A DNA stretch of 62,503 nt from an uncultured bacterium (GTDB lineage: Bacteria > Patescibacteriota > Minisyncoccia > Minisyncoccales > UBA5738). The DNA lies in the NCBI GenBank assembly GCA_903847095.1, contig CAINCQ010000004.1, positions 1 through 62,503 on the forward strand. The letters run 5' to 3'. Of this stretch, positions 31,106 to 40,889 are shown one piece after another. The notes under the pieces were generated by a model. It was not told the DNA's origin and made no database searches. It saw nothing but the letters and a program-made list of their open reading frames with translations. How positions within the stretch are numbered: the stretch's first letter is position 1; the number at the start of each line of letters is the position of its first letter. The translations under genes and the position numbers were made by a program.

Positions 31106-31333
31106 ATGGAAACATCGGTATTGGTAATTGTATTGGGGCTGATAATGATTTTCAGTTCCCTAATAGCTTGGGTACTGAATTTTTACAAACAAGGAAGAGC
31201 TTCCTTCGAGGGCAAGCAAAGCCTGAAAGGCGGCGCTCAGAATATTATACTGGGCTATGGCCTGACCATAATAGGCGTGGTCTTGGGAATTTTTCTGGTG
31301 TTCGTCGGCTTGGTATTTAAATTTCTTGTTTGA
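31106..31333 (+). CDS. Small 2-TM membrane protein
   Basis: Lies behind the consensus promoter and is followed by a terminator. Confidence 0.7.
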   Translation: METSVLVIVLGLIMIFSSLIAWVLNFYKQGRASFEGKQSLKGGAQNIILGYGLTIIGVVLGIFLVFVGLVFKFLV

Positions 31334-31426
31334 GCGTTGTATCGAGGCAGCTGAAAACAGCTGCTTTTGTTTTTATCCGTTAAATGCTAATAAAATATCA
31401 GCACCTTTTTAGAAGGAGGCTTTTAA

Positions 31427-31846
31427 ACGGAGAAATCTGCGGCGATCAGAACCGCGTCCAACCTGATTATCGAGAACAACCGGATTTTATTGATACTGGA
31501 AGGCGATGCCGCGACGAACGGCGGGCTTTACAGCGTTCCGGGCGGACGGTGCGAAAACGGCGAGCCTCCGGCAGCTTGCGCTGTTCGCGAAGCGAAAGAG
31601 GAAATTAATGTCGTTATAGCGATTAACGGGGAGATCAATAATTTTCACGTCCGCGTGCGCGGAAATTGCTTGCACGGCTATGTATACGATTCCCGGATCC
31701 TACAGGGCGTACCCCGGCCGGGCGGCGGCGTTAAGGCCATTTACTGGGCGGATCTTGCCCAAATTGAAGAGCTTGAATCCCGCGGCCTAATGATAACGGG
31801 AAAACTTTTTGAAGCCATAAAGAATAGTCTGATACGTTCGAGGTAG
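31427..31846 (+). CDS. NUDIX hydrolase; expected start codon reads ACG
   Basis: Nudix box GGRCENGEPPAACAVREAKEE. The frame extends upstream to ACG 31427, 7 nt after AAGGAGG, adding the typical first strand (RTASNLIIENNRILL). Confidence 0.75.
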   Translation, partial: TEKSAAIRTASNLIIENNRILLILEGDAATNGGLYSVPGGRCENGEPPAACAVREAKEEINVVIAINGEINNFHVRVRGNCLHGYVYDSRILQGVPRPGGGVKAIYWADLAQIEELESRGLMITGKLFEAIKNSLIRSR

Positions 31847-31936
31847 AGCGCGCAAAAACGCGCTTTTTTATTCGAAAAACGCCGCGTTTAAGCGGCGTTT
31901 TTGCGAAACAAAGCTTGTTGTTGGTTATGGTTAGAG

Positions 31937-32272
31937 CTAAGGGAGCATAATTTTGGGCATAAAGATGTAGGCGGCTCCGAAAAATAGCAGGCTCGCAATC
32001 GAGAAGATTATGGCTTTTGACGCGGTTTTGGAGTCTTCTTTTTTTCCGACGATCCCCAAAACCAGTCCGGCTAGCGGGACAAGCCAGCCAAGCAATGTGA
32101 AAAAGATGCTGCTGTAAGAATCCAGAAGCGAGGTGCTTCTTGGATTGGCATCCAAGAAAACGGCGATAGCGGCCAGGGCGTCGAATACCAGAGCGGCTAT
32201 ACTTGTATAAACAGCGATCTTAGCGGCCGAAATGGATTTTCCGCTAGCTTCGCTTTGAATGTGATCATCCAT
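31937..32272 (-). CDS. Small 3-TM membrane protein
   Basis: Hydrophobic helices, PLAGLVLGIVG; bidirectional terminator at 31875-31902. Confidence 0.7.
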   Translation of the reverse strand: MDDHIQSEASGKSISAAKIAVYTSIAALVFDALAAIAVFLDANPRSTSLLDSYSSIFFTLLGWLVPLAGLVLGIVGKKEDSKTASKAIIFSIASLLFFGAAYIFMPKIMLP

Positions 32273-32350
32273 AACGTTATTGTTTTTTATAGATTATCCT
32301 CGAAATTCTTATTATTTTATCGACCGCGGCAAACCCTAAGAACATAAAAT

Positions 32351-32490
32351 GTAGCCAGAGGCTACTTTCCCGCACCCTGCGGGAAGAAAGGAACCCTGCG
32401 GTTTCCTGCTTCCACGGAGCAGAAAGGAGGACTTAGGTACTCCGGAAGTACTCTTCGAGGATACTTCCTCTGGCCCCGCAGGAGGCGGGG
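32351..32490. other. Cluster of seven short hairpins (structured RNA or palindromic DNA element)
   Basis: Tandem inverted repeats; listed in the corresponding finding. Confidence 0.65.
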
Positions 32491-32532
32491 AACTCCATTC
32501 GAAAGTATATATTTAATTGTATCATTTTTTCG

Positions 32533-33852
32533 TTAATTAACCGATCTTAACATCGGCAGGCCGATCCGTTTTCTTTGGGTTTCCCCGGCGAACAGATTTT
32601 TTTTGCGTCGGGCGGCGTCGCCGCGATCGCCTTCATGCTGGAGGCTTGCCATCGCGCGCATACTGGAGCCCAGAAATACCGTATGTTTGCCGAATTTTTC
32701 CGAAAGCGCGTCAACTTTTTCGTAAATTTTGGAGAATTTTTTCGCCTTGGCCGCTTTTTTAAAAAGGTCGAGTTGGCCGCCGGTTTCCCGGGAAAGGTCG
32801 AGCAAGGTGATCCCGGTGGCCCGGTAAAGGGTTTTGGGTTTAGATATCTCAAAAAAATATTGTTTGGCCAAACCGATAATTTCGTGAGGAATGTTTACCG
32901 GCCGGTCCAGTTTAACCTCGGCTCCGGAATAACGGAAATCCTGGGTTTTCAAAAAAAAGGCGAACTTTTTGGAGCAAAGACCGTGGCGGCGCGCTTTAAT
33001 GCAGGCGTTTTCGATGTTTTTCGACAATTGGGAAAAAACAAGGTCAAGGTCAAGCGAGGCCGGCGTGAAAGTCCGGGTTTTACTGATGGACCGATAGTCG
33101 TTTTTTTGTTCGGTTGATACGGGATAAACGGTATCGCCGCGCAGTTCCCGCCAGATCTCGTAATGGGGTTTGGTGAGGCGGGCCAGGACCCATTCTTTGC
33201 CGCGCGTCGCGAAATCATAGGCGGTGTTCACTCCGCATTTGTTTAAATAGGCGGCGGTTGCCGGCCCTACGCCCCAGATTTTTTCCACCTTAAGTTTTGC
33301 GAGATAAAGATGGATATTATAGCCCGGTATGATCGTCAGCCCCGATGGTTTTTTCCATTTCGAGCCGACTTTGGCCAGCACTTTGGTGGGTGCCAGTCCC
33401 ACGGAAAAGGTCATGCCAAGCTCGGTATCGAGATCGTCCTTGATCTTTCCGGCTATGGCAGCGTAATCCATATTCAGCGGGCGCTGCAAGCCGGTGAGAT
33501 CGGCAAAGCATTCGTCGATGCTGTATTCCTCGACTTCGGGCGTGTAGCGGCGCACGATATCAAACATTCGCACCGAAAATAGGGAATAGGTTTCGTAATC
33601 CGACGGCAGAATGATGGCGTTAGGGCAGACTTTTTTGATATCGGATAAACGCATTCCGCGGGTGACCCCCGCGGCTTTGGCTTCATAGCTCATAGAGGAG
33701 GCGATGCCGCGTTCCCGGCCGGTTATTACCGGCAGGCCCTTTAATTTGGGATTAAGCGCCATTTCGCAGGAAGCAAAAAAGCAGTCAGCGTCGATGTGGA
33801 GGATGGCGCGGGGGAACTCGGCTAAACAAATTGGCGCTGGTTTTATGGACAT
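32533..33852 (-). CDS. dinB: Y-family DNA polymerase (Pol IV/UmuC-like)
   Basis: HIDADCFFASCE, SYEAK, YSIDECFADL, LAKVGS..KKP, IWGVG, clamp-binding QLDLF. Confidence 0.93.
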   Translation of the reverse strand: MSIKPAPICLAEFPRAILHIDADCFFASCEMALNPKLKGLPVITGRERGIASSMSYEAKAAGVTRGMRLSDIKKVCPNAIILPSDYETYSLFSVRMFDIVRRYTPEVEEYSIDECFADLTGLQRPLNMDYAAIAGKIKDDLDTELGMTFSVGLAPTKVLAKVGSKWKKPSGLTIIPGYNIHLYLAKLKVEKIWGVGPATAAYLNKCGVNTAYDFATRGKEWVLARLTKPHYEIWRELRGDTVYPVSTEQKNDYRSISKTRTFTPASLDLDLVFSQLSKNIENACIKARRHGLCSKKFAFFLKTQDFRYSGAEVKLDRPVNIPHEIIGLAKQYFFEISKPKTLYRATGITLLDLSRETGGQLDLFKKAAKAKKFSKIYEKVDALSEKFGKHTVFLGSSMRAMASLQHEGDRGDAARRKKNLFAGETQRKRIGLPMLRSVN

Positions 33853-33871
33853 ATTGGGAGTTAATTTTCAA

Positions 33872-34438
33872 TCAGTATTTTCTTATTACGGCTTTTACCA
33901 CCGCGGCGATCTTCAGTTCGTTTTCCGGATAGATCGGTTTATATAATTTGTTTCCGGGTTTTAAATAGATCTGGGTTTTGGTTTTTACCAGGTATTTGAT
34001 CGTCCAGTCGTTGTCCACTTCGGCAATCACGATATCGCCGTTTTTGGGAGTGATCGAGCGGTCGACGATCACCAGGTCGCCTTCAAGGATCCCGGCGTCG
34101 ATCATCGAGTCGCCGCTTACTTTTAAAATGAAGGTTGCGTCTTTGTTTGAGATAAGGTATTCGTCCAAAGAAATGGTGTCGACCAGTTCTTCTTCGGCCG
34201 GGGTGGGGAATCCGGCTTGGATGGAGCCGAGGATCCGGGTTTGTTCGTACAGTCTTGCGGGTATAAGCTTTCCGCTCTCATCTTTTTCCAGGAAGCCTCC
34301 GGCTGCCAATTTTTTCACCAGCTTGAAAACAGCGTTCTTTGATTTAAAGCAAAGCATTTTCATGATCTCGGAATACGTCGGCATCCGCTTGTTGGTTTGG
34401 TAAAATTTCCTGATTGATGTTTTGGCGTCTTTTGGCAT
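33872..34438 (-). CDS. lexA: LexA-family repressor (wHTH + S24 autopeptidase with UmuD-like C-domain)
   Basis: PTYSEI...FKSKNAV HTH, AGFP cleavage site, GDSM Ser, TIK Lys. Confidence 0.88.
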   Translation of the reverse strand: MPKDAKTSIRKFYQTNKRMPTYSEIMKMLCFKSKNAVFKLVKKLAAGGFLEKDESGKLIPARLYEQTRILGSIQAGFPTPAEEELVDTISLDEYLISNKDATFILKVSGDSMIDAGILEGDLVIVDRSITPKNGDIVIAEVDNDWTIKYLVKTKTQIYLKPGNKLYKPIYPENELKIAAVVKAVIRKY

Positions 34439-34468
34439 ATTGTTGCTTGATTAGATAAATTAATTATA

Positions 34469-34486
34469 GGTGAACAATCGTTCACC
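34469..34486. promoter_or_regulatory. Putative LexA operator (GAAC-N4-GTTC)
   Basis: GGTGAAC-AATC-GTTCACC, directly upstream of the minus-strand TATAAT (34468-34463) of lexA. Confidence 0.8.
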
Positions 34487-34585
34487 AACAAGGGAGGTTA
34501 TCCACTCAAGGTTTTTTTAAAGCTTGACGCGTGAGGCAATATGTTTTAGCCTTTGCCCAGTACCTAAAATCAAAGGAGGAATAAA

Positions 34586-35065
34586 ATGGAACCCAGCGAC
34601 GTGGTAAGGGCGTTATATAAAGAAATAGTTAAAGAGCAGGGAAAAGAAGGGTCCGAAATTGTGGAAATGGCCACTGGTTCAAGTAAATGGCAGGTCCGGG
34701 AATTGAAGAACGGCGTGTTTGTCGGCCTTCGCGATTGTAACAATAATACCGGAGATTATTTCCTCGGATTGAGTTCCGTATCCTGTTCGTTCTGGCCGGT
34801 TAAACCACATGAGGATCTTTTGTATTTCGCGCCGTTCGAGGTGAAAGCAAGGGGATTTGAAACCGGGACCTGGATTTACGGTTCAGGTAAGGTCTTAAGG
34901 GAAAGCGTGCAGGTATTATTCTCAAACCGCAGTTTTTCCGCTCACGGCCGGATACTCGATACCATTAAGGAAGTGCTGATCTTCTTGAGCGCGACCATGA
35001 TTGACGAAAAAGAATACAGCCAGAAAGACATTAATCCTAACGGCGATTATACCAGTCCCGATTAA
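34586..35065 (+). CDS. Hypothetical protein
   Basis: TTGACG promoter, AAGGAGG SD, terminator. Confidence 0.7.
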   Translation: MEPSDVVRALYKEIVKEQGKEGSEIVEMATGSSKWQVRELKNGVFVGLRDCNNNTGDYFLGLSSVSCSFWPVKPHEDLLYFAPFEVKARGFETGTWIYGSGKVLRESVQVLFSNRSFSAHGRILDTIKEVLIFLSATMIDEKEYSQKDINPNGDYTSPD

Positions 35066-35211
35066 ACCATACCTTAGTATGGTTTTTTTATCGCCAATTA
35101 CATTCTCCGCCCGAGGAAGGTTGAATTTCCCCGGAGACACCGCGGATTTTCCGAGAGCTTGACCTTGGCGGGCCCGGATGTATACAATAAAAACAAGATA
35201 GATGATCGACT

Positions 35212-35928
35212 ATGAAAATTATGGAAAACAAAAAAAGAAAAATCACGATTATAAAAAATGGTCCCTATATTGTGAGCGGTAATCTGCCGCTAGCCAAAGA
35301 AATTATCGTAAGCGATGAAAATGGCGATTCCGTCGGATGGAAAAAGAGCGAGAAATATTCTTGTCCGGAGCAATATTCTTTATGCCGGTGCGGCGCGTCA
35401 AAAAACAAGCCGTTTTGCGACGGTAGCCACGTAAAATCGGAATTTGACGGAAAGGAAACGGCTGATCGCGGAATTTTTTCCGATCAATGCGAAAAAATAA
35501 TCGGTCCGGGGCTTGATTTGGACGATCTGCCCGAACTTTGCGCGCGGGCGCGTTTTTGTCATGACCAGTCGGGCGACGTGTGGGAAAACACGGAACGGTC
35601 CGACGACCCAAAAAGCAAACAGAAGGCGACTCGGGAGGCAAGTCTTTGTCCGGCGGGCCGGCTGGTAGCGCGCGAAAAAAATTCCGGCCAGGCCATCGAA
35701 CCGGAGTTGGAGCCAGAGATCGGATTGATCGAGGATCCGGAAAAAAAAGTAAGCGGTCCCGTATGGGTTAAGGGCGGTATCGAGATCGAATCGGCTGACG
35801 GCCTAAATTACGAGAAAAGAAACCGGGTGACGCTTTGCCGGTGCGGAAAATCCGCAAACAAGCCGTTTTGCAACGGCTGCCATATCGACGAAAAATTCAA
35901 CGACGGGGACAAGAACATTAATTATTAA
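35212..35928 (+). CDS. Tandem CDGSH iron-sulfur domain protein
   Basis: LCRCGASKNKPFCDGSH and LCRCGKSANKPFCNGCH flank a CARARFC...CPAGRL segment. Confidence 0.92.
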   Translation: MKIMENKKRKITIIKNGPYIVSGNLPLAKEIIVSDENGDSVGWKKSEKYSCPEQYSLCRCGASKNKPFCDGSHVKSEFDGKETADRGIFSDQCEKIIGPGLDLDDLPELCARARFCHDQSGDVWENTERSDDPKSKQKATREASLCPAGRLVAREKNSGQAIEPELEPEIGLIEDPEKKVSGPVWVKGGIEIESADGLNYEKRNRVTLCRCGKSANKPFCNGCHIDEKFNDGDKNINY

Positions 35929-36013
35929 TTCCTTTTTGCTTCCAGAAAAACCAACATTCCTAAAAGTGTTGGTTTTTTAAATTTCTCAAATAAAAAAACA
36001 TGCGGAAGGCATG

Positions 36014-36388
36014 TTATGAGACGGCTGGATCTTGTAATTTTTGTGCCAAAGATAATTCGGCGTCGTTTTCGATAGCGCATATAACGAAAACTCCGGTAAG
36101 TACGAAGAGCGCTAGTGCTACGGTTTGGCCGAGGCTTATTCCGACCAGTGCCGCCGAGCCCCTATCCAGAATAACCAATATCAGTCCGAAAATATCAACA
36201 ATGGCCAAAGCCATATAAATTTTTGCCCAGCCGTGTTTTTCTTCATTGCAATTCTTATTTGAGGCATAGACAAGCGCCCAGAACAATCCCCAAAAGAAGA
36301 GGAAAAAAGTTCCGTTCCATAATACCGTTAGCCAAGCCAAATTCATTCCTCCGCTAGATCGCATAACACATTTTACGCAAACATTCAA
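36014..36388 (-). CDS. Small membrane protein (start uncertain)
   Basis: Three hydrophobic segments. Confidence 0.55.
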   Translation of the reverse strand: MNVCVKCVMRSSGGMNLAWLTVLWNGTFFLFFWGLFWALVYASNKNCNEEKHGWAKIYMALAIVDIFGLILVILDRGSAALVGISLGQTVALALFVLTGVFVICAIENDAELSLAQKLQDPAVS

Positions 36389-36488
36389 GAATAAGCGCTT
36401 GGGGATTGCCTGCTGTTATAAAAGCTTAAGGTTGATGATATAATAAATGAAGAGATTGTGTTTTAGCGATTTATAAATTTCAAAATCT

Positions 36489-38558
36489 ATGCCTGATCAA
36501 AAATTATTGGATTATATCAACCAGCAGTTGAAAAGCGGCGTGTCCCGGGAAGAAGTGAAAAATGCTCTGGTAAACGCCGGTTGGCAGCAATCTTTTATCG
36601 ACGATGCTTTCAGCTTCACTGGAGGGCAGAAAATTTCCGTTCCGGTTCCGGAAGTCAAGACGGCCGACCCCGTGGCGCAAGCTCCGGCCGAAATAAAAAA
36701 ACCGGAAGAAAAAGTGATTACGCTTAAACCGGCTATGAATCCGCAACAGCCGGAAGCGATTTTGCCGTTCAAGGTCCAGCCGGTGCCTGAAGTGATTGCG
36801 AATCCCGGTTTTATTCCCAACTCCGGCAACGATAAGCCGATTGAACCAACGGGTCCAAAGCCGGCCGAGAGGAACGAGGTTTATAGCGACAACTTAAAAT
36901 CGCAGCCGGGCGGGATAGACCAGAAGGCCGATGCGATTTTTGGCGAATTGGTTCCAAAAGTAAGCGAATTGGACCAATCTTTCGGTAAAACTTTTGGTAT
37001 GGGTCAGGGATCGGCGGCCATGGATACCGCAGCCCTGCCGCAAAAAAAAATCCTTGATCCGTTTATTCCCGAAGACAGCGCGGCGGTACCCGATTCCGGA
37101 AAAAAAACCGATCCCGGCCTTGAGGATAAGCGTGTTTTTGTTTCCGAAAAAAAAGACAAGGAAGATTTTGACGAGATATTGGATAAGCCGGGGGAAAAAT
37201 TACCAAAAAAAAGGGGGAGCGGTATTTTATTTTTGATCATCGGGATAATCGGAGTTTTATTGCTGGGGGGAGCGGCTTTCGCCTACTTTTACTACCTTGA
37301 GCCGACTCCGGCTTCGGTATTTCAAAAGATGGCGGAAAAATCAAGCGGGCTTAAAACCGTCAATATCTCGGGTAAGGTCTTGGTCGGATCTCCGTTAGTG
37401 GCCGAACCGTCCGGCGAGGGAGGTTTGGCGGACATAGCGATTGATTTTAGCGGCGTTCTTGACGCCAGGAACGTTGAAAACCTGGCGGGGTCGATCACTT
37501 TCGACGAAACCGATAATTCGACGTCTGGTTCGAGCGCGGCTAAAATAGAAGCAGTGATCAGTGATAATGCTTTATATTTAAATGCCACCGGTCTTTCGGG
37601 TCCCGGAACCACCGAACTTGCTTCTTATGAGGGGCAGTGGATAAAGATCGATGGTTCCGGCGTTCCCCAGGAATTCGGGTCGGTTTTCCCGGTATATGAC
37701 AAAATCAAGGAGGAGGTGGGGATCGGCGATATCAATATTAATCAGCTTGCCGGGATATTGATGGCGGCCAGTAAGCCGACCGTGATCAAGCCAAAGGACA
37801 AGTTGGCCGATGAGACGGTTTTTGAGACCGATTGCCGGCATTACAGTTTTGAAGTCGATAAAGAAGCCCTAAAAACCGAGGTTGCGGCCGCTTTGAGCGG
37901 GCAAAATGCTTCTGAAGTAGAAAAATACGATCGGATCATCGATAGTGAATCGGTCGCGGGGGAAATATGGATCGGCAAAAAAGATTTTATGGTTTATAAA
38001 ACATCGTATTCCATCGGTTATGAGGACGCCCAGACACCGCCAGCGAAGATCGATCTAAAGATCGAAGCCTCCGGTTATAATGGTAATGTTTCGGTGGTTG
38101 TTCCCGTCCAATTCCGCTTGGGCAGCGAGATATTCAGCGAGGTTAGGGCCAAAAAAGAGCAGCCGGTAATAGTGGACCAAGCGTTGCAGGACGATAATTT
38201 GAGAAAAAATGACCTGAAAATGCTTTTTTCTGCTCAAAAATCATGGTATCTCGCGAATAAACGTTTTTATACCTGCTCGGCCGCAAGCGGTGATTGTGGC
38301 GGCAAGGCTTTGAATTTTCCGGCGTCAATCGGAGATTTTATGACTATGGCGCCCAACGATCCCAGAAATTCCGGTACGGTTTGCGGTCAGGATCTTGTCT
38401 ATTGCGGTTTGGATAATTCCAAAAATCCCAAAAGTTTTTGCTATTACGCCAAAATGTCGGACGGATCGTTTTTCACGGCTTCTCCATATGGGAATTTCAT
38501 CCGTTCCAGCGCGCCGAAAAGTTTTAAGGAATGCCAACAGGGAACTTTGGTCGAGTAA
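36489..38558 (+). CDS. Single-TM multidomain protein: helical N-cap, Pro-rich linker, LppX/LolA-like sheet, pilin-like C-terminal domain
   Basis: LLDYINQQL..G.SREEVKNAL..AGW; one TM; WIKID and EIWIGKKD motifs; RKNDLK...PNDP...FCYYAKM. Confidence 0.7.
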   Translation: MPDQKLLDYINQQLKSGVSREEVKNALVNAGWQQSFIDDAFSFTGGQKISVPVPEVKTADPVAQAPAEIKKPEEKVITLKPAMNPQQPEAILPFKVQPVPEVIANPGFIPNSGNDKPIEPTGPKPAERNEVYSDNLKSQPGGIDQKADAIFGELVPKVSELDQSFGKTFGMGQGSAAMDTAALPQKKILDPFIPEDSAAVPDSGKKTDPGLEDKRVFVSEKKDKEDFDEILDKPGEKLPKKRGSGILFLIIGIIGVLLLGGAAFAYFYYLEPTPASVFQKMAEKSSGLKTVNISGKVLVGSPLVAEPSGEGGLADIAIDFSGVLDARNVENLAGSITFDETDNSTSGSSAAKIEAVISDNALYLNATGLSGPGTTELASYEGQWIKIDGSGVPQEFGSVFPVYDKIKEEVGIGDININQLAGILMAASKPTVIKPKDKLADETVFETDCRHYSFEVDKEALKTEVAAALSGQNASEVEKYDRIIDSESVAGEIWIGKKDFMVYKTSYSIGYEDAQTPPAKIDLKIEASGYNGNVSVVVPVQFRLGSEIFSEVRAKKEQPVIVDQALQDDNLRKNDLKMLFSAQKSWYLANKRFYTCSAASGDCGGKALNFPASIGDFMTMAPNDPRNSGTVCGQDLVYCGLDNSKNPKSFCYYAKMSDGSFFTASPYGNFIRSSAPKSFKECQQGTLVE

Positions 38559-38655
38559 TGCGCCGACCTGCTGTTTGCGGATCGATTCAGAGCCGCTCGT
38601 AAGAGAGCGGCTTTATGCTTTCAAATTAGGGATTGTTTTGGTACAATAAACCACT

Positions 38656-40077
38656 ATGCGCCGGATAATTAAACACTACTTGATTTTGGTCTTAGTTCCA
38701 TTCGTTATTTTCTGTTTTGCTTTTTTGTTGGTTAAAAACTTTTTGTATCTTTTCCAGCCGGCTTCATTGATCGTTCTGCCTTCTTCGCAACAGGCGCTAT
38801 CCGGCAACGATTATTGCGCCAGCGGTTCCTGCGGGGAGCCATCGGCCGCGCGGATTTACAACCTGGCGTTCGATACTGATCCGGCAAACGCGGATTACGC
38901 CATGGTTTTTGGTGATGGATCGGAAAAAAAAGGAAAAACTCCTTTTTCGGGTCCGGTCCCGTCGGGCCAGGTCAAGGTGGCCATCAGTTATAAAGGATAC
39001 AACCCTTCCAACGTTGAATTTTTGCTCGACAAGGATACTCAAAAATTTTTCTATCTTGACCGTTCCGGACAGCTTGTCCATCGTTTGCTGAATATCGAAG
39101 CGGTACCTTCGCCCAAAGCCCTGGCTTTCTCGCCCGACGGGAAGGAGTTGTGGAGCACGATGCTTTTGAATAAAAAAAGGGGATTAGGCGTTTATAGCGT
39201 TGATACCGGGGCTGACCTGGCCGACATCAACCTTGACGATGGAGGCGGGGTCGAGCTGGTTTTTTCCTCCGACGGGTCAAAGGTGTACGTGAGCCAGATG
39301 GAAACGGCCCGGGTTTACGAAATAGACGCGAAGACAAAAAAAATACTGCGGACTTTCGATACCAAGAGCGCCTGGACCAAGGTCGTGGCGCTGTCTCATG
39401 ACGGTAAATCTCTTTACGCGGCGAATTGGTCCGGGAACGATGTTTCGATCATTAACCTTGAAAACGGGACAGTGTCCCGGATCCCGACCGTCAAAACACC
39501 CCGAGGTCTCTATGCCACGCGCGACAATAAAACGCTTTATGTGGCCGGTTTTGGCGCGGGTGAAATAGAAAAGATCGATCTTAAATCTAAAAAGGGAATC
39601 GTTATTTATAAAAGTGGCGGCGCTATGCGCCACCTGGCGGTGGACGAAGACCGGGGCGTGATGTATGTTTCCGATATGGGCCGGAACGCGATCTTTGAGG
39701 TTGACTTGGCGAATGACTCGGTAAAAAAATTCGCCGATACCGACTATGATCCCAATACGATAGCGTTAAGTCCGGATAAAAAGATCCTTTATGTCTCCTG
39801 CCGCGGTCGCAATGCCGCTAACGACAATTATTATATTCCCGGTCCGGAATGGGGTTCGGTCCTTTTGTTCGATACCAAAAACGGCAAGATGCTCGACGCG
39901 ATCGTCGCAGGAAACCAACCGACGGCGCTGGGTGTGTCCGACGATGGATCCCTGATGGCCACTTCCGATTTTCTTGACTCAAGGATCGAACTTTTCTCTG
40001 TGCCGCCCTACGAAGTTTTACGGGCGGGAAACGGCGGAAGAAGCGCGGTTTACCGTCAGGAGCTTTGGAAAAAGTGA
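38656..40077 (+). CDS. YncE/YVTN-type beta-propeller exported protein
   Basis: Repeats such as LAFSPDGK, LYAANWSGNDVSII, IALSPD, GNQPTAL; short PEGA-like segment. Confidence 0.85.
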   Translation: MRRIIKHYLILVLVPFVIFCFAFLLVKNFLYLFQPASLIVLPSSQQALSGNDYCASGSCGEPSAARIYNLAFDTDPANADYAMVFGDGSEKKGKTPFSGPVPSGQVKVAISYKGYNPSNVEFLLDKDTQKFFYLDRSGQLVHRLLNIEAVPSPKALAFSPDGKELWSTMLLNKKRGLGVYSVDTGADLADINLDDGGGVELVFSSDGSKVYVSQMETARVYEIDAKTKKILRTFDTKSAWTKVVALSHDGKSLYAANWSGNDVSIINLENGTVSRIPTVKTPRGLYATRDNKTLYVAGFGAGEIEKIDLKSKKGIVIYKSGGAMRHLAVDEDRGVMYVSDMGRNAIFEVDLANDSVKKFADTDYDPNTIALSPDKKILYVSCRGRNAANDNYYIPGPEWGSVLLFDTKNGKMLDAIVAGNQPTALGVSDDGSLMATSDFLDSRIELFSVPPYEVLRAGNGGRSAVYRQELWKK

Positions 40078-40165
40078 ATTTAGACGATCGTCCTTTTCTA
40101 TATTAACCGTCAAAACCCTTGAATAAAGAGCCGAATCGTAAGTAGCGAAAAATTAAAAAAAACAA

Positions 40166-40795
40166 ATGAAGAAAAAAACAATCATAATTTCGTTTCTTAT
40201 CCTGATAGTGGCCGCACTCAGCTGGTGGCAGTTTTACCGCGTTGGTCCGGGCCCGGGCGGCGTTGGATCTTTAACCGAAACAAAGGTGGCGAAATATACG
40301 CCGCCGATTGATTTTCCTTCCGAGACGCGCAAAGGATTTTGTTTTAATAATTCGCTTCTCCAGCCTTATCGTGACGATACCTGGCGTTGCCGGGTGGATG
40401 ACCAGGTCAAAGATCCGTGTTTTTATGTTGCCTCCCAAGACACGATGCTTTGCGACGTTAATCCATTTTCTCAAACCGCGGGGTTCAAGCTGCAGCTTTC
40501 CCAGGGGTTACCCGTTCCTCAATCGATGCCTCCCGCCAAAGATAATTGGGGCTGGCTGGTATTGCTTGATGACGATACCGTATGTTCTCCGTTCGCCGGG
40601 ACAATACCGGTGCTCGACGGAAAAAACGCCGTTTTCGGCTGCATTTCAACCAATAGCGCGGAAAACATCATATTGCTCGGTGATTTGAAAAGCGGCAAGA
40701 TCTGGACGGCAACCAAAGCTGTTTTTACGATCCAGGACGGAAAGCCGGTGATAAAATCAAATAAGGAAGTTAACGTGCGGGAAGTCTGGCAGTAG
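40166..40795 (+). CDS. Exported Cys-containing hypothetical protein
   Basis: N-terminal anchor; WRC..DPCF, C...C pairs. Confidence 0.75.
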   Translation: MKKKTIIISFLILIVAALSWWQFYRVGPGPGGVGSLTETKVAKYTPPIDFPSETRKGFCFNNSLLQPYRDDTWRCRVDDQVKDPCFYVASQDTMLCDVNPFSQTAGFKLQLSQGLPVPQSMPPAKDNWGWLVLLDDDTVCSPFAGTIPVLDGKNAVFGCISTNSAENIILLGDLKSGKIWTATKAVFTIQDGKPVIKSNKEVNVREVWQ

Positions 40796-40889
40796 ATTAT
40801 TTTTTAACTAAAAAAACGGGTAGTACCTGTTTTTTTTGTTGACATTGAGGGCGGGCTGTAAAATAATGTTACCAGGTGATCAAACGTCC

